A DNA stretch of 25,165 nucleotides from a virus (Duplodnaviria; Caudoviricetes): IMG/VR virus record IMGVR_UViG_3300032272_000067, positions 1 through 25,165 of that record. One strand, given 5' to 3'. Every line of letters begins with the position of its first letter. Positions within the stretch are counted from its first letter, which is position 1. Positions 17,591 through 25,082 of the stretch are shown piece by piece. Both the position numbers and the translations under genes were made by a program. The notes under the pieces are model-generated. The model worked only from the letters and a program-made list of their open reading frames with translations, was not told where the DNA came from and did not search any database.

Positions 17591-17988
17591 GCGTAGCAAT
17601 ATCAGCACCGTACCCTAAGACGAAGGTCACGACGATCTTGCCTGACCCACAATTGGGCAACACGCGGGCAACCGAAGCGAACGTTCAATTGAAGCGATCA
17701 ATGACCGGGCGGCTATGGTCATACGTTCAATCCAACGATCGCGAAATTATGGTCTTGACTTTCATAATCACGCGGCAAAAGGATTTCGAACTTGCCGAAT
17801 TCATTCGGGTTTATCTGACGGCCGATTGGAAGCTGATTGACCACAACGGCGACGAATGGAAGGTCAAGCTTCTCGGCGAACCTATTCGACGCGATTCGGT
17901 CGGCCGGGCGGCGTCATCGAACACAAACGCGACAGGCGGCGAAACGAAAACCGTCACCCTTTCCTTTTCAGCGGAAGCAATAGTATAA
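17587..17988 (+). CDS. Distal tail (Dit/lambda gpM-like) protein
   Basis: 133 aa directly before the large tip protein. LPDPQLGNT...KRSMTG...LTF...L.EFI......WKLIDHNGDEW.V pattern. Confidence 0.6.
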   Translation: MSVAISAPYPKTKVTTILPDPQLGNTRATEANVQLKRSMTGRLWSYVQSNDREIMVLTFIITRQKDFELAEFIRVYLTADWKLIDHNGDEWKVKLLGEPIRRDSVGRAASSNTNATGGETKTVTLSFSAEAIV

Positions 17989-20900
17989 TGCGAATAATCG
18001 ACCCGACCGTCCAAACCCTACTCGAAACCCAACTAGGGCAAGAAATCGTTGTCGTGCTTGAAGTCTTTTGGACCGAACGACAAGACACGGCGATCGGCGG
18101 GTCGACGACGCGGGTTTGGTATGCCGACCGGGCGATCGACGGCTTCCCTGAAGTACGGTCAAACATCTTGTCACTTGGTGAAATTGATGCTTCGGTGATT
18201 GTATCGCAAGGCGGGCAAGCCCGAAGTGTACCTGTGACACTTGACGATACCGACGGCGAAGCGAAGCGGTTCTTCGACGAAAATGACTTGCATAAGAAGG
18301 CCGTCAGGGTTTGGTTTTGGGTTGAAGGAACGGATTTCGCGACGGAAGCCTTCCCCATCTTCTTGGGTCAAATCAATTCGCCCGTAGTTTGGAAGGAAGG
18401 GTCAAGGGAATTCAGCTTCGAAGTCATCAACCGAATTGAAGACGTCGAAGTCGGGTTCAGCTACGAAGAAGGGTCAGCAAACGAAGTACCTGAAGACCTT
18501 ATCGGCAAGCCGTGGCCGTTGTGTTTTGGAACCACAATAAACACCCCCGCGCTGAAAGCGGTTCCTTCAATTTCGGGTATCCTTGCGGGCGGCGTCGGCA
18601 TTAAAGACTTCACACTAGGGGCCCGCATTGGTTTGGCTGACGCGATCACTTGCCCGCAAACGCCGATTGGGTTCAAATGTTCAGGGGCATACCCAAACAT
18701 TACTTGCGGTACGGCCTTCGAAACGGATCAAGGTTGCGTTCAAGCCCGATGCCTTGAACTTGAACTTCTTCGCCTTCAGCTTGAAGAACAAAGTCGATAC
18801 GAATTCAGGCAAATCGTCATCTTCGGCGGCGAACGCTTTGCACAAGCCACCCCGTTAACGCTTGACATAAACGGCGGGAAGTTCTTCGGCGAATTTACGG
18901 GCACGAATACGGACCCTAGCAACATCTTCAGGGTATCGGGCCGACGTCACCCCCGATACGATCCGGCAACGGGCACGGTCAAGACTGACCCGGTTCAAGC
19001 GGCACTAGATTCAAGATGCCCCGGAACGTTATCTGACGGGGAAGATTCCAACTACACCGACATATACTCCGGCCCGGTTTGGACCGGCCTACGGAATTCC
19101 AGAATTTCATGGGAAAGATTCCGACAAGCGGCAAGGGCCGACTTCTTTTGGGCGGGCGGTGGGTCGACGGTCACACTTGACAACGATCGCGAAATCACCT
19201 ACATCGCGAACATCTTGCCTTCGACGATTCACAACGTTCGGGCCGTCAGATTCCTGAACGGCAACGAGTTCCTTCTTGACGTTCCGACCGATTTCTATGA
19301 AGTGCGGGAAACCGATTATAATGGTTATATGGTGACCGAAATCGTCTTCCAAAGGCCCCTTTCAAGTGAATCGAAAGAAAGCGGCGGCGGTTGGCGGGAT
19401 GAAATTTACATCACGCAAACTTCATCGGTCGGCCCGAACACGGTCGACATCATTCGTTGGTTCATCGAAACCTATACCGACTATGCAATCAACGAAACTT
19501 CGTTCGGCGACGTTCAACCGAAGGTCGAAGTATACCCGATGCACTTTTGCCTAGACACACGGCCGAACCTGATCACGATCTTGCAAGACATCGCCCGACA
19601 GGCCCGTTGTGCATTGTGGCAAACGAACGACGAATTCTTCATCAAGTACCTTCCCGAAACGCCGACAACGGTCGCGACGATCGTCGAAGATGACGTTCTT
19701 CGGGATACGGCCGAAGAAGACGGCAAGGGGACACTTGAAGTTCACTTGACCCCGACCGAAGACCTTGTAACGAAAATGGTTTGTAAGTGGCAAAAAGACT
19801 TCAGCCCGTTCATAAAGAAACCTAACACCCTGATCTTGCGGCACAATATAAAGCGATACGGCACCCACGCGGAAACGATCGATTATTTCACTTATGCGCA
19901 CCTTGACCTTGTCCGAAAGTCGGCGACGTTTTGGCTGATTCGCGAATCGAACACTTGGAAACGGGTCAAGCTATCGGTTCCGCTGTCCTTCGCATTTCTC
20001 GAACCCTTCGACGCGGTCACGGTCGACTTGCCTGACGTCAACGCGACACCCTTCACCGGTATCGTCGAATCGGCGATTCTTGATTCGTCGGGCAAGCAAG
20101 TGAACGTTGAAATTTGGACACCTATCAGGGCGGGTGAACCCGACGTATATGATTTTGCCTTCCCGGCAAACATAGCAGAATCGGCACTATTCCCAACGCT
20201 TGAAGCCCGCGACCTTTCCGACGCGGGATCGGGAAGCGATCCAAACTTCTCGGCAATTGCCCCACCTGGACACCCGTTGAACCCCGACCGGTCGGGGATC
20301 GTCAGCGGCTTCGGGTTGGGCTGTAACGGTTCGGGCGTCACGTCAATGGAACCGGGCAAGTGTAGGGGCGATCACGGCGACCGGAACCCAAGCGATACGG
20401 GCGACAAGAAACCGGGCGTCAAAATAAACAATTCAAACAACGTCGCCGACGTCAATGGGGGCACAAGCCCGGTTTCAAACGGCATAGGCTACGGCACGGG
20501 GTCAAAGTCTTGGCAAGATAAACTTCAGAAGGACAAGATTGAAGGCGACTCGGGTCGCGGCCGCGAAGTCGCTGAAGGCGGCGGTACGGGGTCAAGCCCC
20601 GGATCGGGTGACAACAACAACAGCTTCGACACCGACCTAACGGAAGAAGATCTAGAGGATCTGCCTGAGGACGGCGGCGACGCCGAATACAAATGTTCGG
20701 TCACGGTTACGTCATTCAATACAACCGAATCACAATCGGGTGTACCGATAAGTTGCGTTTGTGTCCCCGACGGGTCGTCTTGGGCCGAAACCTACATCTT
20801 CGATCAGAAAGAAGCGGGGGCGAACTTTTGCAGTAGCCAAAAAGGGGCGTCAGCTTGCAAGGGCAAATGTCCTTGTGGGCCTTGTCGCAATTGTTCGACG

Positions 20901-20996
20901 TCTTGTTCGGGCGACCCGACAAAGGAAGGCGACGGCAACTTGATCGGATATGATGGCGGCAACCGGGGGAGTCAACCCCCCGCTATGCTAAGCTAG
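17988..20996 (+). CDS. Tail tip / baseplate hub protein (1002 aa) with Cys-rich segments
   Basis: ATG 17988 in a TAATG overlap. Hub-like motifs VTLDDTDG, PIFLGQI, IGKPWPLCFG, ILQDIARQARC, LEPFDAVTV. Gly/Ser/Asp/Cys-rich C-terminus. Confidence 0.72.
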   Translation: MRIIDPTVQTLLETQLGQEIVVVLEVFWTERQDTAIGGSTTRVWYADRAIDGFPEVRSNILSLGEIDASVIVSQGGQARSVPVTLDDTDGEAKRFFDENDLHKKAVRVWFWVEGTDFATEAFPIFLGQINSPVVWKEGSREFSFEVINRIEDVEVGFSYEEGSANEVPEDLIGKPWPLCFGTTINTPALKAVPSISGILAGGVGIKDFTLGARIGLADAITCPQTPIGFKCSGAYPNITCGTAFETDQGCVQARCLELELLRLQLEEQSRYEFRQIVIFGGERFAQATPLTLDINGGKFFGEFTGTNTDPSNIFRVSGRRHPRYDPATGTVKTDPVQAALDSRCPGTLSDGEDSNYTDIYSGPVWTGLRNSRISWERFRQAARADFFWAGGGSTVTLDNDREITYIANILPSTIHNVRAVRFLNGNEFLLDVPTDFYEVRETDYNGYMVTEIVFQRPLSSESKESGGGWRDEIYITQTSSVGPNTVDIIRWFIETYTDYAINETSFGDVQPKVEVYPMHFCLDTRPNLITILQDIARQARCALWQTNDEFFIKYLPETPTTVATIVEDDVLRDTAEEDGKGTLEVHLTPTEDLVTKMVCKWQKDFSPFIKKPNTLILRHNIKRYGTHAETIDYFTYAHLDLVRKSATFWLIRESNTWKRVKLSVPLSFAFLEPFDAVTVDLPDVNATPFTGIVESAILDSSGKQVNVEIWTPIRAGEPDVYDFAFPANIAESALFPTLEARDLSDAGSGSDPNFSAIAPPGHPLNPDRSGIVSGFGLGCNGSGVTSMEPGKCRGDHGDRNPSDTGDKKPGVKINNSNNVADVNGGTSPVSNGIGYGTGSKSWQDKLQKDKIEGDSGRGREVAEGGGTGSSPGSGDNNNSFDTDLTEEDLEDLPEDGGDAEYKCSVTVTSFNTTESQSGVPISCVCVPDGSSWAETYIFDQKEAGANFCSSQKGASACKGKCPCGPCRNCSTSCSGDPTKEGDGNLIGYDGGNRGSQPPAMLS

Positions 20997-21036
20997 AATC
21001 ACGTTTGAACCTGAAAACCCCACGGCACGAAAACCC

Positions 21037-21477
21037 ATGAACGAACCGAAGAAAAGCGACAACGAACTTTTCGCCCCGTGTTCTGAGCGTCACCGAATAG
21101 TTCAGTTCCGCAAAGACGGCACGAAAGGGGCAATTCAAAGATGCGGAGAACCCACGGCCGAAAAGAACGGCCTTCAGGTTTTGCCTGACGATTGTGAGGC
21201 TTGCCCGGTTCGAAAGATGGTCACCGAAGCGGCCCTGAAGGCGAAGGAATATTCGCCCCCGTTAGTTGCTGAATTCGCGAACGTCACGTCGACGAAGCCT
21301 GACGACGGAAGCGACCCCCGGTTCTTGCCTTGCCTTGACCGTAACGTGGCTCAAATAGGCTCTTGTTGTGGTGGTTCCTTGCCAATCCGGGTTTGCGATT
21401 CGGTCGATTGTTGGCGGCTTGGTTCCGAAGTCAATTCGGGAATGTGCAACGCTTGCCCTTATAGAAGGCCCGAATAA
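21037..21477 (+). CDS. Cys-rich protein with two internal repeats
   Basis: 11 Cys in 146 aa. Two copies of F.PC..R...C...G..V....CxxCP.R. Last gene of the + strand block. Confidence 0.72.
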   Translation: MNEPKKSDNELFAPCSERHRIVQFRKDGTKGAIQRCGEPTAEKNGLQVLPDDCEACPVRKMVTEAALKAKEYSPPLVAEFANVTSTKPDDGSDPRFLPCLDRNVAQIGSCCGGSLPIRVCDSVDCWRLGSEVNSGMCNACPYRRPE

Positions 21478-21653
21478 TAGTCGGCCCACATATCGGCCCA
21501 ATGTTCGGCATTTTCTTCCGCACAAGGTTCGCACAACGTCACGAAGTTGCGTTCGTCATCATTGTATGCCGTATCTTGTCTTTGCCTGACGGCCCCGCGA
21601 CACTTGCAGCATTCGCAACGCGGGCCGAAGATCCAATTGAATAGCCTTCGCAT
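21459..21653 (-). CDS. Small zinc-finger-like phage protein
   Basis: CECC...RQDTAYNDDERNFVTLCEPC...WADMWADYY resembles a recalled conserved small phage protein. Confidence 0.65.
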   Translation of the reverse strand: MRRLFNWIFGPRCECCKCRGAVRQRQDTAYNDDERNFVTLCEPCAEENAEHWADMWADYYSGLL

Positions 21654-21742
21654 AAGTCGATCATTCTTTGTATGAAATTAGGGTCGAAGCGGTTCTTGGG
21701 GTTGCGAATGATGTCGCGAATTTCGTCAAGTTCAGTCTTCAT
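21539..21742 (-). CDS. Possible small hypothetical protein
   Basis: MKTELDEIRDIIRNPKNRFDPNFIQRMIDL... fills the gap and its start overlaps the upstream stop, but its 3' half overlaps 21459-21653 by 115 nt. Confidence 0.35.
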   Translation of the reverse strand: MKTELDEIRDIIRNPKNRFDPNFIQRMIDLCEGYSIGSSARVANAASVAGPSGKDKIRHTMMTNATS

Positions 21743-22130
21743 GGCCGGGGTCACTTTCTGGCCGAAACGGTCGCGGGTATTGTATTTTACGCTTGACCTT
21801 GTTAGCGGTTTCGTTGTATTCGCGATCGATCGAAGAATCGAACGCCACGCAATACCAGCCGGGGAAATCCTTTAAGATCACTTCGCGGGTCCGGAATGGA
21901 TCGTCAGTCGTCACTTCGATCGTATGGGTTGACACCACGGCCCTTGGGTACGAACCGGGAACGGCTATCTTGCGGGCAAGGTGAAACTGGTACGGTTGGC
22001 AAAACATCATTGTTCTGTTGACTTTCTTAAAGTTGTAAATGCTTCGGTCGCCGACATAGCGAACCCAAATGGCTAAAAATATTATGGAAAGTGTGAAAAG
22101 TACGGCAATAGGATTAAGGTCGGGGTACAT
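21732..22130 (-). CDS. Membrane-anchored hypothetical protein
   Basis: AGGTGA RBS before ATG 22130. N-terminal TM segment IAVLFTLSIIFLAIWV. Confidence 0.65.
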   Translation of the reverse strand: MYPDLNPIAVLFTLSIIFLAIWVRYVGDRSIYNFKKVNRTMMFCQPYQFHLARKIAVPGSYPRAVVSTHTIEVTTDDPFRTREVILKDFPGWYCVAFDSSIDREYNETANKVKRKIQYPRPFRPESDPGHED

Positions 22131-22134
22131 ATAG

Positions 22135-22470
22135 TCACCTTCGAAGGGCATAGAACCGGACACTGCTACCATAAGTCGAAAGGTAGGTCGGGTGAACTAT
22201 CACGGGGTTTGCACCCCATTTCGACTTGACCCAACCGTTGCCAAGATATAGGCCCGAATGGATCGGCTTGCCGTCTTCGAAGTACACGATTCGATTCGCG
22301 TCTTCAGGGGCGACTTCTTCGGCGGCTTCAATGAACGGCGTCGGGTCGTCAAGCCAGCGTCGAGAACTTTCCCACGCGTAGTTGTGGCAGTTGAAAGAAT
22401 CATCGCCGACATACTGGAAAACTTGAAGGGCGACGAAAGCGAGTATCAAAAGGTTGCGAAAGGTCTTCAT
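22135..22470 (-). CDS. Exported miniature papain-fold (NlpC/P60-like) Cys-His protein
   Basis: Signal/anchor MKTFRNLLILAFVALQVF, then FNCHNYAW...RIVYF....IHSG.....VKSKWG...IVH.....YG. Start overlaps the upstream stop (ATGA). Confidence 0.65.
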   Translation of the reverse strand: MKTFRNLLILAFVALQVFQYVGDDSFNCHNYAWESSRRWLDDPTPFIEAAEEVAPEDANRIVYFEDGKPIHSGLYLGNGWVKSKWGANPVIVHPTYLSTYGSSVRFYALRR

Positions 22471-22667
22471 CGGCGGACTTCCCTTACAGTAAAGGCGATG
22501 ATCACGATGACTAATGCCCCGCACATGGTGAACGGCAAGTTCGACTTCGCGAAGAAGTCGACATTCACGTTCAGACTAATCAGGGCGGCGACTACAGCAG
22601 CAACCCCTAGGGCAGCGGCGACGTCTAAAACTTGGTCTACTAGGTTCAACATTGTTTTGTCTTTCAT
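22467..22667 (-). CDS. Small two-TM membrane protein
   Basis: Hydrophobic VLDVAAALGVAAVVAALISL and FTMCGALVIVIIAFTV, basic C-terminus. First gene after a strong promoter. Confidence 0.65.
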   Translation of the reverse strand: MKDKTMLNLVDQVLDVAAALGVAAVVAALISLNVNVDFFAKSNLPFTMCGALVIVIIAFTVREVRR

Positions 22668-22673
22668 AAGAAA

Positions 22674-22712
22674 AGGTCATTGGGTACACTGAAAGCATAC
22701 GGCCAATGACCT
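22674..22712. repeat. 10-bp perfect inverted repeat (operator and/or terminator)
   Basis: AGGTCATTGG (22674-83), 19-bp spacer, CCAATGACCT (22703-12). On the minus strand it is followed by TTTCTT. Confidence 0.75.
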
Positions 22713-22722
22713 AACTTGTCAA
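22694..22722 (-). promoter_or_regulatory. sigma70-type promoter
   Basis: Minus strand TTGACA (22722-17), 17 bp, TATGCT (22699-94), with an AT-rich UP-like tract at 22723-22748. Confidence 0.78.
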
Positions 22723-22753
22723 ATTTTAATATGGGAATTCTTATTAAAGCTTG

Positions 22754-23218
22754 TCAGAAGTCTTCGTCAGCGAACACCCAGTCGTCATTGTCGACGTTTT
22801 GGCACTTCCTTGTAATGTTAGAAGCATTACAACCCGCAAAGTCGGCGGCTTTTCTGACGCTGTCGAAGACCTTGAAATCAAGGTCGTCAGGGCAATAGAC
22901 CACGGCCCGCGACGCCCCGCCCCCGTTTATTGAATCTGAACCCCTTGACTTCAGCAACGTTTCGCGAAATTCGTTCCGATAGACACGGGCCAAGTGGCGG
23001 GCGGTCTTCCGCGAAGTGATTGTCAACCCGCACACTTCGCGGGTCGGTTCTTCTCCAAGCGATTGTAACCAAATATGAAGCGGCGAATCGTCTTCGAATC
23101 GCGACATCCATTTCACGACGGCGGGGTGACCGGCATCGGTGAAACCCCCACAACCGACATAACGAACGACGCCCTTGTCATCCTTCCAAATGTAACACGT
23201 CCAACTAGTTGCCTTCAT
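22754..23218 (-). CDS. GIY-YIG-like domain (apparently degenerate) fused to a NUMOD1/HTH DNA-binding domain
   Basis: CYIWKDDKGVVRYVG hairpin at the N-terminus. C-terminal RAVVY......KVFDSVRKAADFAGCNASNITRKC......W.F matches NUMOD1. Confidence 0.68.
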   Translation of the reverse strand: MKATSWTCYIWKDDKGVVRYVGCGGFTDAGHPAVVKWMSRFEDDSPLHIWLQSLGEEPTREVCGLTITSRKTARHLARVYRNEFRETLLKSRGSDSINGGGASRAVVYCPDDLDFKVFDSVRKAADFAGCNASNITRKCQNVDNDDWVFADEDF

Positions 23219-23513
23219 GGGTTTCGTCCTTTTCTTCAATGGGGAATTCGGGGATCATTTCGGCCGTCCGAAGACCATGTTCGACGGCCCTGACGATAGC
23301 TTCTTCAAGCCCTTCGGTATGGTTGATAATGTGAACGACGCCCGATTCGTGCAACGCGGCATGAATGACTTCGTGGATGAGGGTTTCGGCCGGTTCACCC
23401 TTGTCGGTGTTGACCCTGATCAACTTCTTGTCAGTATCACAATCACCGAAAAGGTTCTTCTTCAGCTTTTCCGCCCTGACGGTATAGTCGGCCCCTAGTA
23501 TGTTGACAATCAC
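23205..23513 (-). CDS. HEXXH zincin-like metallopeptidase (small phage type)
   Basis: VNILG..Y.V...LFG.CD...K.I.VN....ETLIHEVIHAAL....EE.IV. GTG start overlaps the upstream TAG. Confidence 0.75.
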   Translation of the reverse strand: MIVNILGADYTVRAEKLKKNLFGDCDTDKKLIRVNTDKGEPAETLIHEVIHAALHESGVVHIINHTEGLEEAIVRAVEHGLRTAEMIPEFPIEEKDETHEGN

Positions 23514-24523
23514 TATACGTCCACCGAACTAACGCCGTCGACGACAATGGGGGCTTGTTCTCTCGGTCCACCTGGACGGGTTTCGTCCTTTGTCAATGGG
23601 TAATAATAGTTGACGAAGCGGGCGAATCCCACATTTGGCGTTGAGACGTAGTCAAGGATTGGGTCGACGGGTTCGCGTTGGGCCCCGAAATCGGTTTCAA
23701 CCGTGATCGAATTATAATTCTTGTGCCAAGTACATATGCCGAACGTTTTGTCGTGCCCCGGTTCAAGGTGCGAATTCTGGAAGGTTACATTAGATCGCGT
23801 ATCGTACGAACCGTTTCCGCTGACAAGGGATCGCCCCGATTTCATGTCCATTCGACATCGGTCAATCACCGTTGAACCGTTGTCGAATGCCCGGCCTAGC
23901 GATTCGTTTCGATGCCTTGAAGACACCCATAGCATTGAATGTGAATCGGGGCCGCCCCGGTGATGCTGGTTTATGTTGCAACGTGATGCCGTCAGGGATG
24001 AAGCCCCGTTGAACAATTCGAAGTAGTACCCATCGAGAACCGAATCGAGCAATTCAACGGTCGACCCCGAATGTGCCATAAAGCAAAGCTTGCCGCGACT
24101 CTTGAAGTGGCAACCCTTGAAGTGAATGGTCGAATTCTGAACGTTCACGACGTTCGAAGATTCAAGTCGCATCTTGGCGGCACCCGTTTCGCCCTTTTCG
24201 GCAACGCGAAATTGTCGATAATTTTCGGCGACAAGCCCACCCACGACCACATTTTGGCAATCGACGAAATTGATCACCCCTGAATCGGGGGCGTAGGCTT
24301 CGGTGAATTCGACGTTTCCGCGAAGCGGCCCCAAGAAGTAGATTTCGGCGTTCTGAAGGCCCTTGATTGTCAATTGCCCGATGCCGTCAAGGGCCCCCGG
24401 ATGGATGTAATGGTGATAGCCGTCTTCGAAGGCAAGCCGTCTCCCGGCCCGAAAGACATGTGCAAGTTCGGTTTGCCCCGATTTTTCGCTGATTGTGGTC
24501 CTGATGCTTGTTTCTACACGCAT
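23513..24523 (-). CDS. Right-handed beta-helix (pectin lyase-like) protein
   Basis: Repeating short-strand units: INFVDCQNVVV, VNVQNSTIHFKGCHF, STVELLDSVLDG, LTASRCNI, TVIDRCRM, NVTFQNSHL. Confidence 0.55.
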   Translation of the reverse strand: MRVETSIRTTISEKSGQTELAHVFRAGRRLAFEDGYHHYIHPGALDGIGQLTIKGLQNAEIYFLGPLRGNVEFTEAYAPDSGVINFVDCQNVVVGGLVAENYRQFRVAEKGETGAAKMRLESSNVVNVQNSTIHFKGCHFKSRGKLCFMAHSGSTVELLDSVLDGYYFELFNGASSLTASRCNINQHHRGGPDSHSMLWVSSRHRNESLGRAFDNGSTVIDRCRMDMKSGRSLVSGNGSYDTRSNVTFQNSHLEPGHDKTFGICTWHKNYNSITVETDFGAQREPVDPILDYVSTPNVGFARFVNYYYPLTKDETRPGGPREQAPIVVDGVSSVDV

Positions 24524-24546
24524 GGTCGATGATACCTTTTGGCGGA

Positions 24547-24586
24547 TGCGTCGCCAGCGGCCCCACGCGGGCCGCTAACGAACGCA
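24547..24586 (-). other. Long intergenic RNA hairpin without U-tract
   Basis: Minus strand UGCGU-U-CGUUAGCGGCCC-gcgug-GGGCCGCUGGCG-ACGCA. The G-U pairs form only on the minus (mRNA) strand. Confidence 0.6.
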
Positions 24587-24600
24587 AGGGTTTGGGGGTC

Positions 24601-24999
24601 TTACGATTGGTCGGGGCCTACTTCGTCGCGAATGGCCTTCATTTCGGCTTCGTGCTGAGCTTTCCGGCCTTCCACGTCATAGATCATCGCCTTGCCGAAG
24701 TCGGTGATTGCGGAATCGCCGACCGAATAGCCTTCGGCGGGCGGCGGGTCGTTGAAGGAAAGCTGGTTTTTCCGAAGGTCGAAGGGTTCGATGATCCAAT
24801 TATGCGGGGCCTCGTTTTCTGTATCCAAAATCACAAAACGGGCCGGAATCGCGTAATTCGCGATGTTTTCCTTCGCCCCGTTGAAGCGATGAACGTGAAC
24901 GACCATATGATCGCGGGGGCCGAATTCGACGAAGCTTTCGGGTATGCTGGCGTCGTCAAGCTGAAGTAGGTGCGTTTGGGGGTCGAATGGAACGGTCAT
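24601..24999 (-). CDS. Hypothetical protein
   Basis: 132 aa, GGTGA RBS-like element, downstream of the promoter at 25040-25068, typical codon usage. Confidence 0.7.
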   Translation of the reverse strand: MTVPFDPQTHLLQLDDASIPESFVEFGPRDHMVVHVHRFNGAKENIANYAIPARFVILDTENEAPHNWIIEPFDLRKNQLSFNDPPPAEGYSVGDSAITDFGKAMIYDVEGRKAQHEAEMKAIRDEVGPDQS

Positions 25000-25026
25000 A
25001 TTTCACCATTTGAAAAAGGGGAACTG

Positions 25027-25071
25027 AAAGTCAACACCAAGTCTACCCCCATTGCGACCAAAAGTCAACAC
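25027..25071. repeat. 11-bp direct repeat AAAGTCAACAC overlapping the promoter
   Basis: Copies at 25027-25037 and 25061-25071, 34 bp apart. Confidence 0.7.
25040..25068 (-). promoter_or_regulatory. sigma70-type promoter
   Basis: Minus strand TTGACT (25068-63), 17 bp, TAGACT (25045-40), with a T-rich tract upstream. Confidence 0.7.
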
Positions 25072-25082
25072 TTTAAAAAAGT

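Noticed and set aside
17856-17989. Upstream start for the tip protein, and TATAAT at 17984-17989 as a promoter
   Set aside because: The extension overlaps the Dit-like gene. The hexamer arises from the GTA-TAA/ATG overlap and has no -35.
1-21477. Assigning the host (the protein styles suggested Planctomycetota to me)
   Set aside because: This rests only on recollection of similar proteins. Nothing in the window demonstrates the host, which would need CRISPR-spacer, prophage or homology evidence.
692-24969. Many short alternative-frame and antisense ORFs in the track (e.g. 3137-3619, 8234-8692, 22258-22692, 24508-24969)
   Set aside because: They are nested in or antisense to better-supported genes, and have Arg/Ser/Pro-rich composition typical of GC-rich shadow frames.
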